64,000 bases of DNA, taken from Amoebophrya sp. A120 (taxonomy: Eukaryota; Protista; Dinoflagellata). Shown one piece after another: positions 48,657 through 60,600 of the stretch (positions are counted from its first letter, which is position 1; each line of letters opens with the position of its first letter). The translations under genes and the position numbers were made by a program. The notes below the pieces were generated by a model that searched no databases, was not told the DNA's origin, and worked only from the letters and a program-made list of their open reading frames with translations. The stretch is taken from positions 6,428,476 to 6,492,475 of the forward strand of contig CAJINV010000002.1 of assembly GCA_905178155.1 (NCBI GenBank), in the 5' to 3' direction.

Positions 48657-51600
48657 ATGCCGAGTCTCCAGCCCCCAATAGGCATTGCATATTACTGTGT
48701 CTGGGTCTGGATGGAAGTGCAACAAGGGTGCAAGCTTGTGATGCTGGTTCTGGAATTGAGTTTGTGTTTGACAGAAACCTGTTTTGCAGACTGAGTCAGC
48801 CGCAAGAGGCGTTTCCACCAGTGAGGGTATTTTTCATGCAGGCTGGGGTTGAATGACGTGTACGGCAGATGAACTTGTGAAGATGCTCTGCGTGCATTCC
48901 AAACCTTGTCGCAGATCCAGAAACTGCAACATCGCAGATGTATCAATGTACATTTTTGCCGACCCAGACAGGTGTGGTTTGCCGTTGATACCCGGATGCG
49001 GACATCGATTTCGAGTCTCTGCCTTGGAATGTGAACTGCAGTGAGAAGTCACACATCGTGGTATGCACCACCAAAAAAGACTGGAAAGAGGGAGAGCACT
49101 ACAACGTCAATATCGCAAGAAAAAACTGTTTCACCGTGAACTTGTGATGCATAGAATGGAACACAGAACTATTTGTCTTCCCACACCTGCAAGACCTTGA
49201 CTCTTTAACGGTGTTTTCCCTTTGGAAGATGGCAAATTTTCTGACTTATGTGTAAAATCTTGTGATGCAGATCTTGCAAGATCATCACAGTGAAACAGTT
49301 TTTTTGTGGGATAGTCAACTATGCGACTGCAATAAACCAAGAAGTGCAGTGCATAAAAACGACCCCCTATACCGGTTTCCCGGACATTTTCCCTTCCTGC
49401 ACCAGCTTGAATTACGGAACTACGGTATGGGAAGGTTTGAAAGTGTTCCGCACGTCGAAACAGCGCGCGGTGGTTTTCCGCCCAGACAAAAACTACGACA
49501 GGATGTCCAACGGGGCGCAGGCCATGGTATAGAATGATGGATACAAGAACAACTAACTTCTGCTTTCTGAGATCAAGAAATGTTTATGTTTTTAATGAGC
49601 AAATCTATGGAAATCGAAGATCAAGATCTTCGATGTTGCCCGCTCTGTTGTCGCCCGAATTTTAGAAAGAACTGTGCCTAGTAGAGACCACTTCTAGTTG
49701 TACTCGCTCGTGCAGTTTTTGCCATCTCAGCTCCCCGTTGTCTTCTTCTTTGTTGTGAGCCCGATCTAAGATGTTATACCGTTCCAATATGATTTTAGGC
49801 TGATGAAGCTGCTGTTACTTATTTTTTCCAATGGCGCCATTGTCAGCTCCTCCCCGTGCCGCCACGGGAAATGTGGTTCAAGCAGCTGCAGACGGTGATC
49901 CGGGAGAATTCCACTCTGATACCCCCCTGCGGGGAGGGGATGAAGCTCTACGTGCGCCCGATACTGTTCGGCAGCGGGCAGCAGCTGGGGCTATACCCCA
50001 GCCCGCAGTTTACGCTGGCGATGTACGTCGCGCCAACCGGCAACTACTTCAAGTCGGCCACGTCCGGCCTGAAGTTGCACCTTGAGAAGCACCACGCGCG
50101 GGCGACAAGGGGAGGATTCGGCAGTGTGAAATGCAGCGGAAACTACGCGGTTTGCCTGTTGCCCCTGAGCAAGACCAAGGAGAAGGATACGGGACAATCG
50201 AAAAAATCCACCGCACCTTCACCAGCAAGATCAACATATATATAAAGTTAAATTTTTCGTATTGAGTGTGTGAATGCGAATGCGTTGTATGCGAATGGTG
50301 TAGTTTGGTGGTATGGGCAATGTTTTTATGGCTGACTTGTCGAACAAGAGCAGCGAAAGCGCATAGAAGTTGTAGGTCATCCTCTCGGCAGACGTTTCTA
50401 CTAAAGTTGCGAAGATGGTCCGATGTGCATCCCAGCATGTACCTAGCAGACGCTTCTGAAGTGCAAGTTTATGATTTTCAGTATTCGATGAATCTTTAAA
50501 ATACTTCTACTGTCATGTTCATGACTAGCGGATGGTGCTTTTCTTTCCATACACGGTTTCTCCGACAACATGTATGTTGAGCTGGACTCCTTCCACGCTG
50601 GTACGATTATGTAAATGTATGTTGAAGATTTGCGAACAGATTTCTTCGCTACCTGTAGCTTCCTCTGCTTTCTGGTGAACAGTACAAGAATCGTTCTATG
50701 TGGTCATCGAACAAACAACGTCGGGCATCATGATAGACCGCTCCAACATACGGCGTGTTTACGTTGTATCTATCGTCCTCTATATTATGTACGATATAAT
50801 CACGACATTAGATGAAATTTTGTTGCAATTTTCCGCACTATTTCCACAGGTAAGGAGATCCACAAGCACGACACGAAGACGGCACTTCTGAATTCCATCG
50901 TGCAAGAGATGTCCGCCGCCAACGTGTTTTTTGTGCAGAAGGCAAAGAAGCGCATTCTTACACCCTCTCTGAAAAGGAAAACGATCCTGCCCGGTGTCAC
51001 GCGGGACAGCGTCATCCAAATCGTATCCTGTGCAAAAGTATCGTACTCGTATGAATTGCAGTCATGCATGACAAACCGACCTTTTTACCTGAATTAGCAT
51101 TACAAATTCCATTTTTCTTTCTGATAAAATTTGTAATGCAATTTATACTAGTACGATACTTTTGCAATGCATAAATCGTGAAAGCGTACAACGAAGAAAT
51201 TGCAGCGGCCCTGTTCACGGCACCGGAACTCGACGAGATTAAGGAAAAGGAAGGCGGGAAGTTTCCGGTCATCGAAATGCTGGAAACCGATGTGCAGGTG
51301 GCGGACATCGCGGACTGCTCTGAAGTATGCATTGCATACTACATCAAAAGTTGTACGGATGCCGCGATGCTAGGTTGCATGATATATTATCACGCAGCGA
51401 GAAGTACTAACAATAAAATCAAAATTTTGATGTCACCAGAAAAGTCTTGCATGCAAACATATTCTGGCAATCAGTTCAAGAAGCGCGATACTCGTACCGC
51501 TTTTTTAGTGGATATGAGGCATTTGGCACGGGCACGGCCGCGGAACTAGTGCCGATCAAGGAGTTCGCCGAATATTTGAACAGTGAGGATGTCGAGGAGG

Positions 51601-51995
51601 GGCTATCAATTGCAACCATGTCTGGGTCTGGAAGACTGCGCAGTTTTTCAATATGCTTCTGGTTCTGCAAGATGTGCTGGAACCAATGCACGCAGGGCAT
51701 CATCAGCACAAGTTCTGCGGAAGCTTCTCCATCCTTCCTAGATTCAGCAGCAGAAAAACTAACAACAGTTGGCATTGTCCTTCCAAACCCAGACATGCTT
51801 GTTTATCCTTGATAAGGCCGCACGGAAGCTGATTTAATACAGTTTAACAGTGAAACGAGCGGTTTGACGGACAACGGGCCGGTGACGAAGAAAATTCTGC
51901 AGATTCTGCGGGAAATCATGATGGAGGTGCGTGAGGATAAGTTTGGCTGGCTTCGTGATCCGTTCCTGGACGCTGACGAAGTTTTTTTCAAATAA
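48657..51995 (+). CDS. ilvE: Branched-chain amino-acid aminotransferase (fold type IV PLP enzyme, ~436 aa)
   Basis: Exons 48657-48678,48996-49110,49319-49526,49847-50187,50557-50600,50850-51023,51179-51324,51519-51603,51820-51995. LNYGTTVWEGLKVFR, FRPDKNYDRM, LYVRPILFG, GSVKCSGNY (PLP lysine), EMSAANVFFV, ILPGVTRDSV, EAFGTGTAA, GPVT..DKFGW. Confidence 0.95.
48679..48990. mobile_element. Introner family A, aged
   Basis: TGTCTGGGTCTGG / GACCCAGACA cores; TSD CCCAA/CCCGG; frame restored. Confidence 0.8.
49111..49313. mobile_element. Introner family D
   Basis: TSD GTCAA/GTCAA. Confidence 0.92.
50188..50551. mobile_element. Degenerate introner (non-canonical intron)
   Basis: TACGG.. / ..TTTCCATA; TSD AAGGA/CACGG; removal gives KEKGFSDNMYVE, as expected for BCAT; no GT-AG. 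Confidence 0.6.
51024..51173. mobile_element. Introner family H, opposite orientation to 45321
   Basis: TSD AATCG/AATCG; 150 bp. Confidence 0.92.
51326..51514. mobile_element. Highly decayed introner, now a GT-AG intron (51325-51518)
   Basis: TATGCATTGC...GTGGATA ends; TSD TGAAG/TGAGG. Confidence 0.6.
51604..51814. mobile_element. Introner family A, aged
   Basis: TSD GGGGC/AGGCC; frame restored to the BCAT C-terminus. Confidence 0.82.
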
Positions 51996-52809
51996 GTACC
52001 CCTTCCTCAAAATGAAAACATTGATCATTGGGCTCTGATATATAAATGCTGTGATGTGGTCGTGCTTGATTTCGAATAAGTAGCGTTTTGCGCAGTAGAT
52101 TTTTTTAGCATGCTTTCGAGTGGAGATTCCTAGACTTCTCAAGTGCCAAGTGCTAAAAATCCAATATGATGTACGCAGACGTCGACCGCACTCTTGGTTG
52201 CAGCTGTTCTGTTTGAGTACGATCCTGGCGCCGACGACGCGAATCAGTTTCGCTTAGGAATGACGACAAAGGCGAGGGATAAGAACTCATTTGAGTGTTT
52301 GGTTTCCGAAGATCAAGATTTACCACAAGTTGCAGCTACTTGAGATCCCCGGCAGTCACCAGCAGCTGGTGTTGTGATGATACAATTTTTTTCAGGAGCA
52401 GATCATCTTCTCGCTCCTGTGGATCGTCGATTGCCTGGCTGTAAAGAACTATAAAGCCAGCATCTGAAGAAGAAGATCCTCCAATGGCAGTGATTTCCAT
52501 AGTGTGCTGTCGTCGTATTAATGCTGCAAATCGAGAAGTTACAGCCTCACGAAGTCTGACAGGTCGATATTGACATCATTTTTCCCCCAATAATGTAATT
52601 TTTTTTTCCGACTCTGAAACGTTCAGAAAAGGACCCATCCCGTCGTTTCTTCCTTTTTACATTTCTAGAAGATTATACCTCATCAGATATAGCTGGTGTG
52701 GTCCTCAGTACAACTAAAGTCCGATCACCTCCTCATCAGAACACTCCGCAAGTTTATTTCCAAGCTATTTTTATATTTCTTTACCTCTAGTACTAGTACA
52801 TTCAACCCC

Positions 52810-55800
52810 ATGGGGCGCGGTAAAGGCGGCAAGGGCAAAAAGGGCGGCGGTGGGGGCGGCGCTTTTTCGGAGACGCCTGCACTGTATGTGGATTTTCGCT
52901 TCGATACTCCCTCGGCGCACCCGCCCACTATCAAAGGCTACTTCTACCTGGCGGGGCGCAAGCGCTACCCGGAATTTCGCGCGTACCCGTACGTACTGCG
53001 GCCGGACGACAAGTGTCTCACACCCGAGCATCACGAGCCTATCGTCGGCAATTTTGACACGCCCGAGGAATTTTACGACAGAAAGTGGCAAACCCGCGTC
53101 CTCTGGACGCTGTACGACTACAGCAAGGGAGACTTGAATTACGTGCCGATCCTGTCGTCTTACGAATCAAGGCTTACTGTCCGTGTAGAGGACGCGAGCT
53201 GGGAGGAGTGGGAAAAAAGGAACCCGGATTCGCCACGCAAATTATCCTGAGCAAAAGCAGGGTCCCCATCGCATCCTGGAGAAGTCAAGATGGCAAATCT
53301 GCTATACAAACCAACAACTTTTGGCTGATGTTGCGCATGATAAGTTCGGGATCGTAGCAAAGTCGTCTTTATCTGGTCGTGCAGCAGCATGTCAGATGCT
53401 TAACGTCGTGATTCAAGCATGACAAATTTCATTTTCAACAATAAAACACGACTGGAAAAAATAAATGCCTCTCGTGGGGCTCCTGCGCATGAGAAACATT
53501 TTCGGCATGCAGATTCGCATGACAACAACAAGAACTCTGGGATCGTGGGGACGTAGTTTTTACTCAGGATGCAGGTACTCCGTCGATTACTTTTCGACGA
53601 CCAGCGGACAAAACAAAATTCCTCGCGGCCGGGAAGAAAAGCTGTCCCGGAAGTTGTCCGAGGTCTTGCGGCACCGGGCGGAACATTTAGGGTTGCAGAT
53701 CGACGCCGCCGGATTTGTGTTGATTTCGGACTTGCTGAACTGCAACGACTACCCTCTGCAAATGTTGTGTCGCACTAGTAAAAATCGCAGTCATGCAAGA
53801 CAAATTATCTCTTTTTCGAGCTAAATCAGCGTGAAAAAGTGCATTTGTTACTGTTATGTTGGTGACCTGATCATGCTGATTTGTTGTACTGTAATTACCA
53901 ATAGGACTAGTATTTGGGGCTCGCGCCGCCGTGTTGGCACAACGGCGCGGGGATCTGCGCATAACAATAGAAAAAGCAGTACTGCAGCAACTAGAAACAG
54001 TTCGAAGAGGCTTGGTTGAAGAGCTGGAGCGTGCTTTCTCTGGGGCTGACTGTTCCCGGAAGGGCGGCCGACGCACTAACGCCGCGCGATGATGGCAAAC
54101 AGCTTGATGGCAACAAAGTACAAAAACAAAAAGGAAGAGCACGCGTAGCCAGGAACATAAAATGAAGAAGAAATGGCGGCCAGTAGAGCGACCGGCCCAC
54201 CAACTGCAGCCCAACGCCTAGCGCGCCAGATCCGGCCGGCCTCTGTACTGCCAAAAGCCGGGTCAGGTAGAGGTAGATAAGGGCACGCACTTCCGCTTGG
54301 TGCGCGGCAAGGTAGCCGTGCCTCCTACCTTCTAGGAAATGTAAAGCAGACCCGTGCCGGGCGGCGTCCCCCCTTTCTACTTCAGCTACCCAGCAAGCGC
54401 AGGCAGCTAGGGCGAGAACGCGAGCCCTTGGGGTCCGCAGGTAGGCTCTTTTTTTAGGTGCGACTCCTGGCCGCCGCGCTGGTACTCGTCGTAGCAGGTG
54501 GCCGGCCAAAGCGCTGCAACCTGCCGAAGGCGCCGGCGCCGCTGCACGGATGTAATCTCTGTGGCGGCTGGCATCTGTTGCCTTCGCATCAAGCCGCCCC
54601 CTGTGCGCCGAGAGTTTCTCTTGCGTTTGGTCTTGCGCTTGTTGTGTGCATGCTTTTCCATCCGGGCTGCCCATCGGCGAGGCTTGGCCCGATACCCTGT
54701 AGCAAGTAGCAGGACCACGCAACTGCTGGCGGTTGCCTCCCAACAAATCTAACTAAGAGGCACGCCTGCCAGGGGTGTTTTTGAGTTTTACTCTCGGCGC
54801 CGGCGGCCACACCTCAAAGCATGGAGGCAACAGCCATGCGGCTGGCTGTTTCTGATGTGTTAGCCACAGCCCCATTGCGGTTGGTTCGTTGTTTCTGTGC
54901 TCGGTTTCCTAGGCAAGCACCAGGGGCAGCAGATCGCCCGGGTAGCTGCGGTTGCTCAGTGTCAAAAACGATAAAAAAAGGCTTTTGGCTGTCGAGCTGT
55001 AGATGCTCGCTATAGGCGGAAGCTGTAGAGCTTAGGCTCTAGAGCATCACCAAACAGCTGTAGAGATTCAGCTCTAGAGATTGAGCTCTACAGGTTTTCG
55101 AGCTATAGAGGCGCTCGCCCTAATCGTTATCAATCTTTTTTCGCAGTAGCGTGGTGATTCGCCAAAAAAAATTAGAAAAAAAAAGGTCATCTCTAGAGAT
55201 TTGATCCTTCTTTGCCCAGATTTGAGCCTAGTCTGCACCACAGTAGCATGCAGATTTCAGAAACAAAGCAAGTAGCCTTCTTTGAGCCTTCTTTGGTTCC
55301 AGGTTTGACCCTAGTTGCTGCAAGTACTATAGTTCTCTTGGCTAAACGAAAACGATACAACTTCATCAATTCATAACGCTTTCAAGCACTTCGCCCAGTC
55401 GTTGGTGGGGCAACACGCGGTCGGCAAGCAGGAGATCGTTTGGCTGGTGAAGGCGAACCAGAAGCAGCGCTTATCAAATGCAAAAATGTCTGGGTCTGGA
55501 AGAATGCAACTTGTGATGCTGCATTTGGATTCCAAAACAATCTGCATTGCATGAGTACCAAAGGGAATGCAATTTTTGCTCCGCCGAGAAGGCATTTGTC
55601 ATGCGGAATAGGCATCAGGAAGCCCTCAGAAAATCTGTATTGCTAGGGTATGCATCACAGACATCATGGCTCACGCAAAACGTGCATGACAACTGTCAGA
55701 ATCTTCCGGACCTAGACATTTTTACAGTTGATAGCGCTTTGAGTTGGACAATGCTTCCGATCCGGCCAAGATCCGCTGCACCCAGGGCCATTCGGTGAAA

Positions 55801-56595
55801 GCGGTCGACGTGGCAATGACGGGAGAATTGATCAAGGACGCAGTGCATTACTTCCAACTGATAAAAAAGAAGGGGAGCAGCGACAAGAACGACAACAGAG
55901 ATAAAGATGGCGACGTGGCGATGTTGTTGAACCCCGCCGCGCCCGGCGTTAGTCGGTCAACCCAGAAGGATGAGATTTCCACAGGAGCAAGTTCAACATC
56001 CACGTTTGGAGGGAACAATTCCATCAGGGCCCAGGTCGAAGCGCGAAAGAGGGCGGTGATGGAGAATAAATCTGGAAATGATTTGAAAGTCAATACTGTT
56101 GGAGCATCATCCGCTGTGGAGGTTGGGATGGCGTTGGAAGATAATGCAACAAGTGGACGAATTGGTACTGGTGCTGGATCCAGTTCCAGTGCGACTTCCA
56201 GTTTGTTCTCTCCCGCTAGCCGAAACAACACAGCGAAAGTCGTCCATGGCACGTTCCCGAAATCGCTACAAAAAATCCTCGAGTCGGGCGGCTTGTCGAA
56301 AATGGAGCGCAACGAAATCCACTTTTGCGCCTCCGCCCCGGAGGACGGGAGTGTTATGTCGGGGATGCGACAGGAAGCCAGCGTGGTGATCGAGGTGGAC
56401 CTGGAGAAATGTTTGAAACACAAGATCAAATTCTACTACGCGAGCAACGGCGTCATTCTCTCTCCCGGGGAGGAATCGAGTGGGAAAATCGGCCCGGAGT
56501 ACTTCTTGAATGTGTACGACCGGTGGACGAAAAAGACGCATCCGTTCTGGACGCAATTCCGTGAGAGGGAAGCGCAAGCAGTGAGAAATAAGTAG
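52810..56595 (+). CDS. TPT1: RNA 2'-phosphotransferase Tpt1/KptA with N-terminal extension (~517 aa)
   Basis: Exons 52810-53242,53577-53749,55381-55471,55739-56595. LSRKLSEVLRHRA..GLQIDAAGFV, NQKQRF, IRCTQGHS, VHGT..GLSKMERNEIHF, SGMR, FYYASNGVILSPG. Confidence 0.93.
53243..53571. mobile_element. Introner family B, aged
   Basis: TATCCTGAGCAAAA / TTTTACTCAGGATG; TSD CAAAT/CAGGT. Confidence 0.82.
53991..54746 (-). pseudogene. Possible degenerate Ty1/copia-like reverse transcriptase fragment
   Basis: Minus-strand translation has, in copia order, HRGRLDAKA (KARLVAKG-like), KKRAYLRTP (D..AYL-like), LIYLYL and LVGRSLYW (L.KSLYG-like); heavily decayed. Confidence 0.35.
54993..55110. repeat. Array of about 8 AGCT[C/G/A]TAGAG motifs
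   Basis: Seen directly; near-palindromic unit with 10-20 bp spacing. Confidence 0.75.
55472..55733. mobile_element. Introner family A
   Basis: TSD GCGCT/GCGCT; splits the conserved KQRF motif of Tpt1. Confidence 0.94.
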
Positions 56596-57671
56596 TTGTC
56601 ATCGTACGGACCTGCAAATGTGGAAAGTGCTTCACCATGTATGTATTCGAAAATGTACGTCGGGAAGGGGAGAAGCAACAGCAAATCTTCTCTTTGTTTT
56701 CTACAAGAGCGACTTGAAGGATGAACCGTAGCCGTACCAGTACCTTCAAAACACTGTGGATAATAAGAAATCATCATGCTGATGAAAATTTGAATTGCTG
56801 CCGTCACTTACATTTGTTCAGTTTTCAATGGCGTATCTTGCTCGTTGTGCATGTTGGATCATCCGGTTCGATCAACACTCGAAGCAGCAGTGATGCAATA
56901 GGATCTAGAAGTAGGAGGTCTAACTGGACAGTTGGAGTTGGTCAAGTATTTCTGTTGGGCGGGCGGCTACTGGCGACACACGATGATGAAGATGAAGATC
57001 TACAGAGGCAGTTCATGTTCTGATTTCAGAAAAAAGCTCTCCTCTGTTTCCAACCTGACGAAGATCTTTTTCCACCATTGTGGTCCAGTGAAGTACATTG
57101 ATTCTCTACTGCTTGAAGTAGACGTTTTCTTTGCAATTGAAAATGTTGCTCTGTGCTGCCTTTTTTTCCGACAGAACCCCCCTCCTGCCAAAGAATTTCA
57201 TCTTTGATAGTGAGGATCCTTTCATATTCATCGCTGATGCTGCTCTGGTTGTGTTTCGCCTTCGCGATGTGTATCTTTTCTTTTCGAAAAAAATTACTTC
57301 TACGTATGATCCTGATGTTTTCAGTTTATTTCCGATCTTCATCAACATTGTGAATGACCAGTGCAGGCAGGGACCACGACTCCACCTCGATCTATCGAAG
57401 TAATTTGTTGTTCTTGCATGCATTCTGCAGTTGTTTTTCCGCGATGCACTTGCGCGATTGAATGACAGCTGTCGCTACTTAGCCGGAAAGACAAAACCGA
57501 TCGTAGCTCCTTTTATTGATGCATTTTCTACTACGTCTGAGAGCGACGAGGGATCGTTTTTGATTGTTGAACACGACCGAAAAGAACCGCCTATCTCTTT
57601 CTTTTTGTGTGGAATACCCCGCCTGACCGTTACAACTGCTTGAGCCAAAGAACTTGGTGCAGCCTGCAAGA

Positions 57672-60600
57672 ATGGCTCGAAAAAGAACGCCGCAACTGCC
57701 TCCCCGCAGCAGAACTGCGAGCCTCGCAGTTCTGAGCCTGTATTTGGGCGCTGGCGCGGGAATATTTTTTTCGACGCCAACAAGTGCGCGGAGAGCTGCA
57801 GGTGCGGGTGGGACGAAAGCGAATACAAAATTTCTGGCAAGCAGGACCACACCGAACATCAAAGGCGAGCAGCTGATATTTACGACTAGGGGAGGTGGAC
57901 CACGAGGGGTGGAAGCTCCTGCAGCGTTGGAGGCACATGTTGAAACCCCATATAATTACCAGATTGCCAGCCAACCCGTTCCACCTTACAACTCCGCGGA
58001 TCTTCAAACTGCCGCTTCCTATGCTCCTGCTGCCTCCTCGCAGTCGCAGGGACAAGAAGGAAACTTGTTCGAGGACGTGCAAGAGGCACGACGAGCGATG
58101 GGAAAAAGATTTTCTGCGGCTCCTGCCACAAGAACGTCCGCCTTTCAGGCCAGGCCGCCACGTGGCGACTTGACGAAGATTCTATTGCAAAAACCTAGCA
58201 ACGAATACCACCTCCAATACATGGCCCACGTGATGCAAAGTATGCAGCACGCGCAAAAAGAGTACAACAATGTCGCACGCGCACAGGCGGAACACGAACC
58301 AGGGCGGGACATCAAGGGTTCCGCTTCGGGTTCGGGGACGCAACCGACACAGCAGCTCGTCCACTACGACAAACAAGATCGCGCATCTGCCAGTAATGAT
58401 CAAACGCAAGGACAAGAAAATCAATCGACTTCTGAAGGAAGGAATGCAATAACGACATCTCCACCAGAACTTGAAATTTCCGAAGAGGCAGACCGCCACG
58501 GAAGAACCTACGCCATGCAGCTTCCAGACACGAGTATGCAGTACCTGGAGCAGCAGTTTGAGAAGCTGTTCCTCGAGGAGCCGAAAAACGAGATGTCTGC
58601 GGCAGAGATCGCGACAAATCGTCAGGTGCTCCTGAATTTCTTCGCGAACAAGGACGAGCTTTTCTCTTCGCGCGCACAGATGGAGCATCTAGATCACGCG
58701 TTGCGGGAAATTTTTTTCCGCTATTGGCACGTGGTGCAGATGGGAAAATCTCTTAATATTGTGAGTGATGTTGAAAGAACAGATACGGACGAAACACAAA
58801 CAGCTCTGGAGGTTGATGACGTGGAACAAGTAGAAGACGAAGCGGGAAATATGAAATGCCAAACACCAATTATCACCACCGCAGCTGCTGCAGCAACCGA
58901 CTCAGTAGCGAAATTCGACCAGATTCCCGCCGGCGATTTGGCCAATCTGGAAGCGATTTTGCGGGTGTATCGGGCGAAACAGCCGGACAGGTTCAGAACT
59001 TTAGACGACCAGGTACGGCGGACGGTGACGCGTAACGGCAAAAGCTGGGATTACTGGTCCGGGATGCTGGCCTTTGTGCATCACTGGCGAAAGATCGCCA
59101 AAGTTCCTTGCAGTCATCTTGCGTCGAGTCAGCAAGCAAAAGCAAATACGAAAACAGGAACAGCAGTGTTGGCACGATCTCGAGATGCGAGCAGTTTTTT
59201 GACGGGAAAAATTAACCTGGTTGAAGATCCTGGTCGGGGCCGTGCGGATGAGGGCTCGCCTTCGATGCGGGAACGTATGGATTGCAAATATGGCCCTGGG
59301 CGGTCTGGAAATTATATGCAAGGTTCTACTTTCTCATGCGGATTTTGGATGACCCACCGTGTCATAATGTTCACAGGGCATCTTGAAAGGGCTTCTGCAT
59401 GCCTATCCACCGATAAGAAATGCCCTTGTCTGCCGCGTAACTAAGTAGCAAAAACGCGGCTGCCTTTGCTGTTCGTGCAAGAATGCAGATTTTCATTTTT
59501 GTAGTATCGGTATACAAAGGGAAGGCAAGGCAGCATCACAAGGTTGCATCTTTCCAGACCCAGATCGATGTTTGCACATGATAGGACGCGGAGAATCTGG
59601 TTCTTCCACTTCGTTCCCGACGGTGACGAGAAGGCGGCTTGATGGCGCGGCTTCCTCTGTGCGCCAACAAGAAGATGGCTCTGGTTCCTCGTCCTTCATC
59701 CCCAAGGACGATGTAGGTGAGGAATGCGAAGAAGCGAAGTCACAGACTCCACTCGCTGTACTAGCCAGCGAGAATCTCGTTCTCGACGAGAAGGAGCTAC
59801 AGGTTCGTGAAAATTATGATCCCGCGCGCGTGGAAGATCCGCTACCAAAGGACCACCCCGAGGAACAAGACGATAAATCGAAATCCTCTGCTACAGTAGA
59901 AATTTCATCAGAAAGAGAACCTTCAGAGGAGGACCAGAAGAACGCACCATCCGAACAAGCGTTTCCGGCTTTGGAAGCCGCGTCTAAACCGTCCAAAAAG
60001 AAGAACAAGGACGGTGGAGGTGGAGCTCCGGGTGCGCGAACTCTGAGGACCCCTTCCTCGACGTCATTCGACAAAGCAAATCATTCGACAAAGCAAGGCT
60101 TCTCGTGGTCTGAACGGTTGCAGCACAGCATTGTGGGCCCCCAAGGTGGGGGCAGTGCTAACGCTGACAAGCCGAAAGGGGAGCAGCAGACGGGGAAGAA
60201 CGGGGAGATGAAAAAGTCCGGCGGCACTAGCCCACCGGGCGCAGCGACAGAGAAGAGTAGTGGGAAGCAGCAGACAAGCAGTGGCATTGCAGATGGCAGC
60301 GCTAGTACAGAAGGAGACAAACCGCCGGGAAAAACTTTTACTACGAAAAATGGGATCGAGAAGATGAGCGGGGCTTTGACAGCCGTTCCTTCCTCGTCCC
60401 CCACTCCGATTGCTGCTCGTCCTCCAGAACGGGCTGGCACCAACGCGTTGTACACAAAACGCACCGAGCAATTGCGCGCGAAAGCCCGTGCGGGTGTGGT
60501 CCACGCTGGGGGGCTCGTGCCGGGGATGGTCTCTACCGTGCCGATGGACCACATAATTCCAAGCGGCGTTGCACACGACTTCCACGGAGATGATGCCTCA

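Larger units (their letters stand above)
53750..55375. mobile_element. Family H-like introner expanded to 1.6 kb by nested insertion(s)
   Basis: Decayed ends TACCCTCTGCAAA / CAATTCATA; TSD ACGAC/ACGCT; removal joins the two halves of the Tpt1 N-lobe in frame. Confidence 0.68.

Noticed and set aside
56720-56740. Relic dinoflagellate spliced leader (CCGTAGCC)
   Set aside because: Only 8 nt match, the ATTTTGGCTCAAG part is absent and it lies downstream of a gene; no SL relic was seen elsewhere.
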